From NCBI GenBank assembly GCA_032718475.1, contig JAUCBJ010004651.1:62001-126000 (forward strand): a DNA stretch of 64,000 bases. Reading direction: 5' to 3'. Below, piece by piece: positions 20,677-32,966 of this stretch. Numbering within the stretch: position 1 is the first letter of the stretch; every line of letters starts with the position of its first letter. This DNA is from Nemertoderma westbladi. Its lineage: Eukaryota; Animalia; Xenacoelomorpha. The position numbers and the translations under genes were made by a program. The notes under the pieces were generated by a model, which saw only the letters and a program-made list of their open reading frames with translations, had not been told where the DNA came from and did no database searches.

Positions 20677-21221
20677 GGGTCCAAGTAGAGAAATTAGTAC
20701 ATTTTGAGAATACGAGTTTGTTTACATTTCTGTTCATTATTTTAATGTTGTTTCAACGTTTTCTTTATTAATTTTTATTTATTAATATTCAATATGGAGC
20801 TATTTAATATTTATACTCATGGCTTTACGAATTTTGTCTCTGATCTGGTTTATTTAGGATTTATATTTAGGTTCAATTTATTGTTTGTTGGTTAATATTG
20901 AGGCTACGGTTTTGTATATTTTGGAATAATTTTGGTTTTAGTGCTGATGTTCTATGTGAAGCAAATGGTGCCATAATGTTTTTATAGTATTATTATTTTA
21001 TATAAATTGTAATTAACTTTGTCAATAAAGTCTAAATGAAGCTGCGAGAAACTGATATTTATGTTTGTTCATCGCATAACCAGTGTAACTATTAATATTG
21101 GAAGCGGAAGGTGTCCGAGGCGGAGAGTGGCCAACTGCTGCTCTAAGGGGACTATTACCCCCAACCGACCGACCAACTGACCTGCACAAAAGTTTCCATA
21201 TTTCTCGTACAAACGGTTTTT

Positions 21222-21312
21222 TGTGACGTGACGTTCAAAGGGGGGGGGGGGGGGGGGGGGTCGAAAATAGTAAAAAAAGAGCGTGACATCATTTGTGCAC
21301 TGCACAGACCCT
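21222..21312. mobile_element. MITE-like fragment (GTGACG..poly-G..GCGTGACATCATTT)
   Basis: Poly-G with GCGTGAC motifs typical of small animal MITE ends; partner terminus not found. Confidence 0.3.
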
Positions 21313-23697
21313 TCCCTTGGTATAATAATTGTAGAGAGTGCAAATAGAAACTCGAAATAAGGTGTCCTATATAAATAATAAATATATAGTATACAATACT
21401 CTGTATATATTTATTATACTCACATATTTTTTACTCACAATACTCTTAATTAAACGAAGTGGAGCTATAAAAAAATAAAACGAGTAGGACCCAATTTATC
21501 TTAGACAAGTTTAAAATATCGTAAAATCCTTGTCGTGTTATCCCGAGAAATTGATTTCACTAATACTGTTGTACACAAGACTACCTGGTGACAGGCTCTT
21601 CCTGTAAAGCAAGAATGGTGCTAGTTTTTAATTATTATTATAATTTTTTTTTTTGGGGGGGGGGGGGTTACGGCGTAAAAGAGTTGGTACCAGGCAGCAA
21701 GTCAGAACCCACCTGTCAAAATTACGAGTAAATTAATCGGGAAACAAAAAGCGACGGAAGCAAATTCTGCACCTATTCGGCGCACAATGATGCCCTGCTG
21801 CAAACAACCTCTAATTAATGAAACGTAAAACTGTATTTGAATAGAAAACTCAGCAAATTCCCGTGATGTACAGATAGTAAGGTTAGTTGGCGGTAATCAC
21901 CTCATCAAGTTGGCAAATATTTGCCGGTTACCAACTATATACAAGCCCTCGCACTGATTGGCAAACACCGAATCTCAAGATAAGAGACCCTACACAATTA
22001 TGACGGCTAGTTAAAATCAACGGCCTTTTCGGGGAATTTAAACACGTCCAATCCTCCCACGTGCCTACTAGCCTAACCATGCGGCTATGTTTGTCGTTTG
22101 ATTTAACGAAGTGTTTTATGTCATTGCGGTGTGTAATTGCAGTCTTGTCGTTAACATCATCCACACCATTACCAGTTTGAAGCACGTTCCGGCATCGTAT
22201 AGGAATCACTAATTATTAAACACATTTACGCAACGTTATGTTTCAAATGATATTATTCATTGAGCACGCGTTCTGTTTTTTCCTTTGAATTGCCTAAGAA
22301 GAGTCCTTACGGGCGCTAACCTTAAGCAATGATTGGATGAAATCTGAAAGGAACTCTTATCTGATTGGATGAAGCAGACAAATTCAAAGTTACTTATATA
22401 ATAACAGGTAATAAATACTGACGTAGCTGAAGAAGATGATGAAAATATATTTTACTGAATTGTGTCTTGTGAGGTGCCATTTTTTCTTTCTCGGCTTCTT
22501 TTCATATATCAAACGTTTTGTAATAGTTTTCTTAGATTTTAAGTTATAATTTTAAATCTACCGTTTTTTTCACACATACGAGGTTCACTTAGTATAAAGG
22601 GCTTATTATAAGCCACTGAGAATTTTTACAATATTATTGTACTTTCATTTAAATCACCAATCATTATGGAGATTATCCCAATTTATAGACTTTGTATCAT
22701 GTCGTTTTTGATCGTCGCAACTTCATCTAGAGGTGAGTGGCTGGTCTGCTATACAAAACGAATAGCTCGAATCATTTGCGTGAGCCCCGACACTTACCGA
22801 ATCTTTTGACACTGAAATAAATGAATTTCATGAAGCAATGAATTTGTATTGCTTGCTGATTGCTCGCAGTTCTGACTCTCCCCACAATGCTAGAATTATT
22901 AGTTTGGTGGTGCGTTTTTATGGCTTTCTATTCGATCCTCTATAATTATATACAAACACTAAACGAATCCTTGAATAGCGCACGCCTCTGATGTGGGCCC
23001 TACTAAACTTACTTGCAGGTGTTTCAGAATTTTTTTTTCAATTATGAAAATATATTTGGCCTGACAACTTAAACCCAGTTTACAGAATTTGAATTTATAT
23101 ATTTACCTCTTCGTTCACCTCTTACATTAGGTATTCACAAATTTCCTAAAACATAAGAGGGATTAAAGTGACCATCAAGAGATAAATTGTGATTTTAACA
23201 GTGTAGGCCTCATTGGACTAGGAGACTGGTAGAAACTCAGAACTGGCAATGCAGTAAAGTATGCTTACACAGTAGAAGTTCAAAACCGCTTTGAAGTACT
23301 TCATTCAGTCAATGGATGAAGACCATCAGTCTACCGATTCAATATACCAGAATATAATAACAGCCCACAAGGAATCAGCTAAGAGGCATATTCCCCAGAA
23401 ACCCAAACGAAAACATTATGTGCCATGGCAAGACTCTGGGGTTACTTGTAAGAGAGGTTACTTGTTAAGATAGCCTACAAAGTAAAAACCGAACAACCAA
23501 CAACCGAAAACATTAACAAGGTTGAGAAAGCTAAGGACGATATTAAATTGGCCTACAACATCAGCCAGGAGAAGTACATACAGGACAAAATTGAAGCAAT
23601 TACAACTACTCACATACAGCAACAATCAAGACTTACCTGGCAAACTGTAAATTAGGTATCTGGTCGGAAAAGTTGTGATAAGGGGCGCCTCAAAGCT

Positions 23698-23740
23698 CTC
23701 ATTTCCACTGTCCGAGTTCGCTCGACCTAGTAGTAGTAGT
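23698..23740 (+). mobile_element. 43-bp 5'-truncated copy of the same RTE 3' end, with TSD AAAGCT
   Basis: Matches the 3' end at ~27238-27275; AAAGCT at 23692-23697 and 23741-23746. Confidence 0.85.
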
Positions 23741-25059
23741 AAAGCTGATATGATAGTCAGTCCTGAAGAACGTGTTGGGAAATGAAAAGTTCACTTCAGC
23801 AACTTGCTTGGGCAGCCACCAAACATCGAGGTCAGCCCTACAAGGAAAATACAGTATATGACAAGACGCTACCTATAGAAACAGGGGACTTCACACCGGA
23901 TAATTATAAAACCCGAAAATAACGAAATGATCGAAACGAAATGAAAAAGACGAAATGATCAACGAAAATATCGAATTTATCAAACAATCTGCAAATTCTC
24001 GCTTTCCAGTACAATAGGTATTATTAGAAGGCACACTTTACATTTTTAAATTAATCAAATCCGATAATTTCGCCCCATTTTCGACCTTAAAAGTAATTTA
24101 ATACCAAATACTGTCTGCTGGTTGGTTGTTGTGTTAGCTGTTGACCAATGGCGGCTTGGATGAAATCAGTGTACTGCAGTATTGGTCTGGTGAATTACAG
24201 ATGTGGCGCTACAGGTGTACTGGTGTACATCTTCAACAGTACAACCAGGCCATGGTCAGCATGGTACAATAGCACGGTACAATAGCATTTAACATTACAT
24301 ATGAATCATATCAGTGCGGTATTAATTCGAGTCATTGCTTTTAACGTCAATGTTGATTATTATGGGGGGGGGGGGGGGGGGGGGTTGTGGGGCACACCGG
24401 ATTTGAACCTGAGCAGCCAATCACTATTTTGCACTGTATCCACTCGGACATTGTAATTTCGTACAATACATAGTATTCGACACTTTACCTACGGTTATAG
24501 CCAATAGAGGGGAGCCTATGGGTCACCAATAACTTTGCTTAGGCTAAGATCTGCCCCAAAAAGAAACACTCTGTAACCCGCCATATGAAATTGTTTACCA
24601 AACGGCTAGTATAAAATAAATAAAACCAATAAAATAAATAAGTCGAAGAAAGATCGCAAAATGATTAAAGTAAGAATTAATTAAGATAAATTAAGTGACG
24701 AGTCTTGTAAGTGAAAAGCGAGACGCAGATGGGATAGATCGTCCGGTTTAGTAGAAGGCTGCATTGTAACGAGTGTAGAATATCTGTGGCAGGCGTGCCA
24801 CAAAACCGACAATGGCAGGAGTCAGAAGGCCTCCCTCCAACAAGAGTGAACACAGTTACTTGCTAATCCCGCACCAAATTAATATGACAAATTGCAATAT
24901 TATATTTATACTGTATTACAGTAGTTTACTACATGCTACATTTTACACCGAAATTAAACCATCACAACAACTGTACCAAATTTAAGTTTAAATAAATTTT
25001 ACCAGAATTAGTTATAGTTGTACTAAAATTAAACTGTTACTTCAGTTCAGGGCGCGGAG

Positions 25060-25208
25060 TTCGTCTCTAGATAAGTTGTTTCGTCTCTAGATAGGTTGTT
25101 TCGTCTCTAGAGGTTGTTTCGTCTCTAGATAGGTTGTTTCGTCTCTAGATAGGTTGTTTCGTCTCTAGATAGGTTGTTTCGTCTCTAGATAGGTTGTTTC
25201 GTCTCTAG
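25060..25208. repeat. 20-bp minisatellite TTCGTCTCTAGATAGGTTGT, ~7 copies
   Basis: Direct reading. Confidence 0.9.
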
Positions 25209-25321
25209 GTTGGTTGGGTGACCTGAGGTCAACTCAACCCGCCCTACCCCAAACTGTATCGAAACCGTTGTAAACTCGTTCTCCCTCAGGGAATCCATCA
25301 TTTGCCTAATTCGGTAGGCCT

Positions 25322-25551
25322 TGGTTTAATGGACTCCGTCACCAACGTCCCAGGCTGCCAGGTTTAAAAGAGACCATGGTTCCAGGTTTAATAGACTCCG
25401 TCTCCATCGTTCCGGGTATAATAGACCCCGTCGCCATTGTTCCGGGTTTAATTCTACTCCGTAGCCATCATTCTAGGTTTAATAGACTCCGTCGCCATCG
25501 TTCTGGGTTCAATAGACTCCGTCGCCATCGTTCCGGTTTAATAGACTCCGT
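25322..25551. repeat. ~30-bp degenerate minisatellite GGTTTAATAGACTCCGTCGCCATCGTTCC
   Basis: Direct reading. Confidence 0.85.
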
Positions 25552-25694
25552 TGCTCTGATAGTCCTGTAGTAATCTGTTGTTGAACTACCTCCTAATGCT
25601 GAATGCAGAATACCTAATCCCCTATCGTTCAGTGTTGGTTTAGGGTACCGGTGTCCCAGTCGAAATTGCCCCCCTGTAGAATACCCCCCCCCCC

Positions 25695-25949
25695 CCGGGC
25701 GTAATCGCCTAGCGCGTAATGACCCCCCGGGTATGCTCGCCTAGTGCGTAATGACCCCCGGGGTAAACTCGCCTAGCGCGTAATGACCCCCCGGGTATGC
25801 TCGCCTAGCGCGTAATGACCCCCCGGGTATGCTCGCCTAGTGCGTAATGACCCCCGGGGTAAACTCGCCTAGCGCGTAATGACCCCCCGGGTATGCTCGC
25901 CTAGTGCGTAATGACCCCCGGGGTAAACTCGCCTAGCGCGTAATGACCC
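25695..25949. repeat. ~31-bp minisatellite CCCCGGGTATGCTCGCCTAGCGCGTAATGAC, ~8 copies
   Basis: Direct reading. Confidence 0.9.
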
Positions 25950-27390
25950 TCTTCCGCGCCAAATGCCCCACCCCAATTGCAAAGAATTAAGATAAGATTC
26001 AGAATTAAGATAAATAAGCTGACAGTGCAGCAGTTAACGGTGATGGTAGGGCTGCAAATTAATATCCCGCCTCAATGTTAAAGTCTCAATTTAGGGAAAG
26101 GAGCAGGTTACAGTGGCACGTTATTTTAACCAAAACAATAAACTAAACACAATAGAACAGGTTACAGTTTTATTTTTGAGAATAATCCGCTGTTATTTGC
26201 GTCGAATATTCCCTGGAGAGGGATGAATTGTTATTGCGTCCAGATTGTTTGATAAATTCGATATTTTCGTTGATCATTTCGTCTTTTTCGTTATTTTCGG
26301 GTTTTATAACTATCCCTCCACACCCGCCGAACTCCAATGGATTAGATTAAATCCCTGCAGAGGTATGTATGGAAAACAGGAGTGCTAAACAGACCATTAT
26401 TGGATGTTTGCAACCGGATGCTGAAAGGGGAAAAGCCACCACCAATTTGTACTAAAGGTCAACTAAAGCCTCTCCCTAAGAGGAGACCTCGGTGTACTAA
26501 CATACTATCGTGGGGTCTATCTGCTTATGGTAACCTGCCAAAATACATCACAAAATGATTCTATAGGCCCCTATACTGTAAAATTAGACCTCACATAGAG
26601 AAACTGCTGCGTAAGAGCCAAAACGATCATGACATTTAATTCATGACATTTAATGTTAATGGAAACTTGACAACATGTGATAATAATCAACTAAGGAAAA
26701 GGTTGATGACTTCCAGTACCTTGGATCATGGATAGAGAGTAGCAAAAAAGACAGAAGTTAGGAAAGCTAAGGCTTGGATAGCTCTATTAAAAATGGATAC
26801 CATCTGGAAATCAGATCTCTCCAGGCACCTGAAGATTAAGTTCTTTCGAGCCACAGTGGAAAGTGTACTTTTATACAGGGGTGAGACCTGGACACTGACG
26901 AAATCACTTGAACACCGAATTGATGGTTGCTACACAAGACTACTAAGGGCAGCCCTAAACATCAGCTGGAGACAACACATGACAAACGCCGAGCTCTATG
27001 GTACTATACCACCTGTATCAACCACCCTCCGTGAATGCAGATTAAGATTCAGTGGGCACTGCTGGAGAAGTAAAGACGAGGTCATACCAGATCTACTTTT
27101 CTGGCAACCAACTCATGGAAAGCGTACCCGTGGACGACCGGCTATAACATATGTATATAGACCAGCTTGAAAGGGATACTGAACTTGAGAGAAACGAAAT
27201 TGCGACAACTATGGAGAATCGGGAAGCCTAGAAGGATCTCATTTCCACTGTCCGAGTTCGCTCGACCTAGTAGTAGGGCCTACTGTAGTAGGAGGCCTCA
27301 TTGTTTATACTTTGTCCTAAATTAACTCATTTTTTGCTGTATGTCCCCAATATCAGTTATGCGATCCCCCAGATTTTGGCTTCTGCCCCC

Positions 27391-27422
<32 letters not shown>

Positions 27423-28781
27423 ATCCCTAGATATTATGATCCCCATTCATACGGTTCTGGAGTTAATCTGTGAAATCCTGGAAGATATAATACAACATCG
27501 AATACGAATAGGTAGGTATTCAGTGCATCTGGTATACCTACTGTACAACAGTGATGTGTGTTGTATTGTTAAAATAATTGGTTGTGTCACAAGAAAGATA
27601 GGCTAAGCTAAACAAGTGTAATTTAATTAATTCACGAAAGGGTAATTTTCCACCTGCAACGCATTCAAATGATATCTGTGCACCACAGGCCTTACTCTTG
27701 TCATCAATTTCCCTACGGCGGAAGTGTAAGAATGAAATCTTTGTCTAATAGCTATCTTGAGATTTTACGGTAATTCCAATTTCCAACACGCCACAACCAT
27801 TATGGATGCTACTCACGTTCGTGGGGATTGAATTTCAATACTTGTAACAACCCTAGCAGCTGCGGCATCTGATTCGCGGACTACTGATTAGGTTATAGTT
27901 GAAATCTACAGTTTTATTTTCTTCTATCGCCGATAAGTTTCGATCCTACTCTATGGTCACATTTTGATCAACGTTTCATCAAAAGATAGATCAAGTTATT
28001 TGACTATTATTCATCACAATTGCATTAACACAATTGGCTAATTTTATTATCAAAAGGGAAAGGGTAAATGTGTCACTCAACTATCGTTTTGGTGCTTTTC
28101 TGGTGGGACGAAAAATACAAGTAGCATAAAATTTCAAAAGGAAAAAATTGAATTTGGTTGGATAATACGATATTTTTGAGTGTCATACTCGTGATCAGCA
28201 TCCCAAAGAACCTATATGGTCATAAAATCAATTTAATTTTGGGGTGGTTTTTCATTATCGAATTTGCACACTTGTTTTTTTCGTGCCCCAGAGGGCACAT
28301 TTAAAATTACCAAAAATTTTCTCGAATGTTATATTTGAGTTCTATAATCGTGATCAGTGTCCAAAAAACCGTTATACCGCAAATAACGTAATTTTAGTAA
28401 AATATAAAAACTTTTGAAAATTTTAGCACGAAAAATACTGGAGATGGATGCCAGAAAGGAACCACAGCACGAAAACTACATTGCCATGTAAATGGCGTTT
28501 GCTTTGCTGGATAGCCCATTAAATTTTAGAAAAAGTCACGAAATCTCGGTTTTCCCAACAAACCTGACTCAGAGTTACAGATAAATTACTGCACAAAAAA
28601 ATATAAAATGACCCCCCCCCCCGGGCCAAATACCTAGGTTTAAGATATAAAGTATGTAAAATACAGATAAATGCAGTTGATATATCGATCGAAGTTAATT
28701 GTATACTGTAGATTAAAAATTATTATTAAACTGCAAGAATCCCTGTAGTAATGATGAACAAGGAAAAGTAAACTACGCAAT

Positions 28782-31700
28782 AGAGAAGGGTATTAGCAGG
28801 CGTACATCAAACAATAGTAACCACATGGAATGAATGTACAGTGGCAGTGCGTACATCAAACAATGGTTACCACATGGAATGAATGTGCCGTGGCTGTGCG
28901 TACATCAAACAATAGTAACCACATGTAATGAATGTACCGTGGCAGTGCGTACATCAAACAATAGTAACCACATGGAATGAATGTACAGTAGAAGGGTATT
29001 GGCAGTGCGTACATCAAACAATAGTAACCACATGGAATGAATGTTCAGTAGAAGGGTATTGGCAGTGTGTACATCAAACAATAGTAACCACATGGAATGA
29101 ATGTACAGTAGAAGGGTATTGGCAGTGTGTACATCAAACAATAGTAACCACATGGAATGAATGTACAGGCAGAGCGTACATCAAACAATAGTAACCACAT
29201 GGAATGAATGTACAGTAGAAGGGTATTGGCAGTGCGTACATCGAACAATAATAACCACATGGAATGAATGTACCGTGGCAGTGCGTACATCAAACAATAG
29301 TAACCACATGGAATGAATGTACAGTAGAAGGGTATTGGCAGTGCGTACATCAAACAATAGTAACCACATGGAATGAATGTACAGGCAGTGCGTACATCAA
29401 ACAATAGTAACCACATGGAATGAATGTACCGTGGCAGTGCGTACATCAAACAATAGTAACCACATGGAATTAATGTACAGTAGAAGGGTATTGGCAGTGC
29501 GTACATCAAACAATAGTAACAACATGGAATGAATGTACAGGCAGTGCGTACATCAAACAATAGTAACCACATGGAATGAATGTACAGTAGAAGGGTATTG
29601 GCAGTGTGTACATCAAACAATAGTAACCACATGGAATGAATGTACAGGCAGTGCGTACATCAAACAATAGTAACCACATGGAATGAATGTACCGTGGCAG
29701 TGCGTACAACAAACAATAGTAACCACATGGAATGAATGTACAGTAGAAGGGTATTGGCAGTGCGTACATCAAACAATAGTAACCAGATGGAATGAATGTA
29801 CAGGCAGTGCGTACATCAAACAATAGTAACCACATGGAATGAATGTACCGTGGCAGTGCGTACATCAAACAATAGTAACCACATGGAATGAATGTACAGT
29901 AGAAGGGTATTGGCAGTGCGTACATCAAACAATAATAACCCCATGGAATGAATATACCGTGGCAGTGCGTACATCAAACAATAGTAATCACATGGAATGA
30001 ATGTACAGTAGAAGGGTATTGGCAGTGCGTACATCAAACAATAGTAACCACATGGAATGAATGTACAGGCAGTGCGTACATCAAACAATAGTAACCACAT
30101 GGAATGAATGTACCGTGGCAGTGCGTACATCAAACAATAGTAACCACATGGAATGACTGTACAGTAGAAGGGTATTGGCAGTGCGTACATCAAACAATAG
30201 TAACCGCATGGAATGAATGTACCGTGGCAGTGCGTACATCAAACAATAGTAACCACATGGAATGAATGTACAGTATAAGAGTATTGACAGTGCGTACATT
30301 AAACAATAGTAACCACATGGAATGAATGTACAGGCAGTGCGTACATCAAACAATAGTAACCACATGGAATGAATGTACAGGCAGTGCGTACATCAAACAA
30401 TAGTAACCACATGGAATGAAAGTACCGTGGCAGTGCGTACATCAAACAATAGTAACCACATGGAATGAATGTACCGTGGCAGTGCGTACATCAAACAATA
30501 GTAACCACATGGAATTAATGTACAGTGGCAGTGCGTACATCAAACAATAGTAACCACATGGAATGAATGTACAGTAGAAGGGTATTGGCAGTGCGTACAT
30601 CAAACAATAGTAACCACATGGAATGAATGTACAGTGGCAGTGCGTACATCAAACAATAGTAACCACATGGAATGAATGTACCGTGGCAGTGCGTACATCA
30701 AACAATAGTAACCACATGGAATGAATGTACAGTAGAAGGGTATTGGCAGTGCGTACATCAAACAATAGTAACCACATGGAATTAATGTACAGTAGAAGGG
30801 TATTGGCAGTGTGTACATCAAACAATAGTAACCGCATGGAATTAATGTACAGTAGAAGGGTATTGGCAGTGTGTACATCAAACAATAGTAACCGCATGGA
30901 ATTAATGTACAGTAGAAGGGTATTGGCAGTGTGTACATCAAACAATAGTAACCACATGGAATGAATGTAAATCAATCTGGCTGTAAATCGTGAATGAATG
31001 TTCAGTAGAAGGGTATTGGCAGTGCGTACATCAAACAATTTTTAACCACATGGAATGAATGTTCAGTAGAAGGGTATTGGCAGTGCGTACATCAAACAAT
31101 AGTAACCACATGGAATGAATGTTCAGTAGAAGGGTATTGGCAGTGCGTACATCAAACAATAGTAACCACATGGAATGAATGTACCGTGGCAGTGCGTACA
31201 TCAAACAATAGTAACCACATGGAATGAATGTACAGTAGAAGGGTATTGGCAGTGCGTACATCAAACAATAGTAACCACATGGAATTAATGTACAGTAGAA
31301 GGGTATTGGCAGTGTGTACATCAAACAATAGTAACCGCATGGAATTAATGTACAGTAGAAGGGTATTGGCAGTGTGTACATCAAACAATAGTAACCGCAT
31401 GGAATTAATGTACAGTAGAACGGTATTGGCAGTGTGTACTGTACATCAAACAATAGTAACCACATGGAATGAATGTAAATCAATCTGGCTGTAAATCGTG
31501 AATGAATGTTCAGTAGAAGGGTATTGGCAGTGCGTACATCAAACAATTTTTAACCACATGGAATGAATGTTCAGTAGAAGGGTATTGGCAGTGCGTACAT
31601 CAAACAATTTTTAACCACATGGAATAAATGTTCAGTAGAAGGGTATTGGCAGTGCGTACATCAAACAATAGTAACCACATGGAATTAATGTACAGTAGAA

Positions 31701-32966
31701 GGGTATTGGCAGTGTGTACATCAAACAATAGTAACCACATGGAATGAATGTAAATCAATCTGGCTGTAAATCGTGAATGAATGTTCAGTAGAAGGGTATT
31801 GGCAGTGCGTACATCAAACAATTTTTAACCACATGGAATAAATGTTCAGTAGAAGGGTATTGGCAGTGCGTACATCAAACAATAGTAACCACATGGAATT
31901 AATGTACAGTAGAAGGGTATTGGCAGTGTGTTCATCAAACAATAGTAACCACATGGAATGAATGTAAATCAATCTGGCTGTAAATCGTGAATGAATGTTC
32001 AGTAGAAGGGTATTGGCAGTGCGTACATCAAACAATTTTTAACCACATGGAATAAATGTTCAGTAGAAGGGTATTGGCAGTGCGTACATCAAACAATAGT
32101 AACCACATGGAATTAATGTACAGTAGAAGGGTATTGGCAGTGCGTACATCAAACACTAGTAACCACATGGAATGAATGTACAGTAGAAGTGTATTGGCAG
32201 TGCGTACATCAAACAATTGTAACCACATGGAATGAATGTTCAGTAGAAGGGTATTGGCAGTGCGTACATCAAACAATTTTTAACCACATGGAATAAATGT
32301 TCAGTAGAAGGGTATTGGCAGTGCGTACATCAAACAATTGTAACCACATGGAATGAATGTACAGTAGAAGTGTATTGGCAGTGCGTACATCAAACAATTG
32401 TAACCACATGGGATGAATGTTCAGTAGAAGGGTATTGGCAGTGCGTACATCAAACAATAATAACCACATGGGATGAATGTTCAGTAGAAGGGTATTGGCA
32501 GTGCGTACATCAAACAATAATAACCACATGGGATGAATGTTCAGTAGAAGTGTATTGGCAGTGCGTACATCAAACAATTGTAACCACATGGGATGAATGT
32601 TCAGTAGAAGGGTATTGGCAGTGCGTACATCAAACAATAATAACCACATGGGATGAATGTTCAGTAGAAGTGTATTGGCAGTGCGTACATCAAACAATTG
32701 TAACCACATGGAATAAATGTTCAGTAGAAGGGTATTGGCAGTGCGTACATCAAACAATAATAACCACATGGGATGAATGTTCAGTAGAAGGGTATTGGCA
32801 GTGCGTACATCAAACAATAATAACCACATGGGATGAATGTTCAGTAGAAGTGTATTGGCAGTGCGTACATCAAACAATTGTAACCACATGGGATGAATGT
32901 TCAGTAGAAGGGTATTGGCAGTGCGTACATCAAACAATAATAACCACATGGGATGAATGTTCAGTA
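28782..32966. repeat. Complex satellite: 60-bp monomer with 49/47-bp deletion variants and higher-order blocks
   Basis: CAGTAGAAGGGTATTGGCAGTGCGTACATCAAACAATAGTAACCACATGGAATGAATGTA; insert AAATCAATCTGGCTGTAAATCG recurs four times. Confidence 0.97.

Larger units (their letters stand above)
23898..26315. mobile_element. Non-autonomous MULE/foldback-like DNA transposon
   Basis: TIRs GGATAATTATAAAACCCGAAAATAACG../..CGTTATTTTCGGGTTTTATAACTATCC (~75-95 bp); 9-bp TSD CTTCACACC/CTCCACACC. Confidence 0.8.
23215..27275 (+). mobile_element. Degraded RTE-clade LINE, interrupted by a DNA transposon at 23898-26315
   Basis: IWKS..KIKFFRATVESVLLYRGETWTLT..RLRFSGHCWR..RGRP at 26793-27170; upstream degraded ORF (YTVEVQNRFEVL); (TAG)n tail at 27268. 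Confidence 0.85.
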
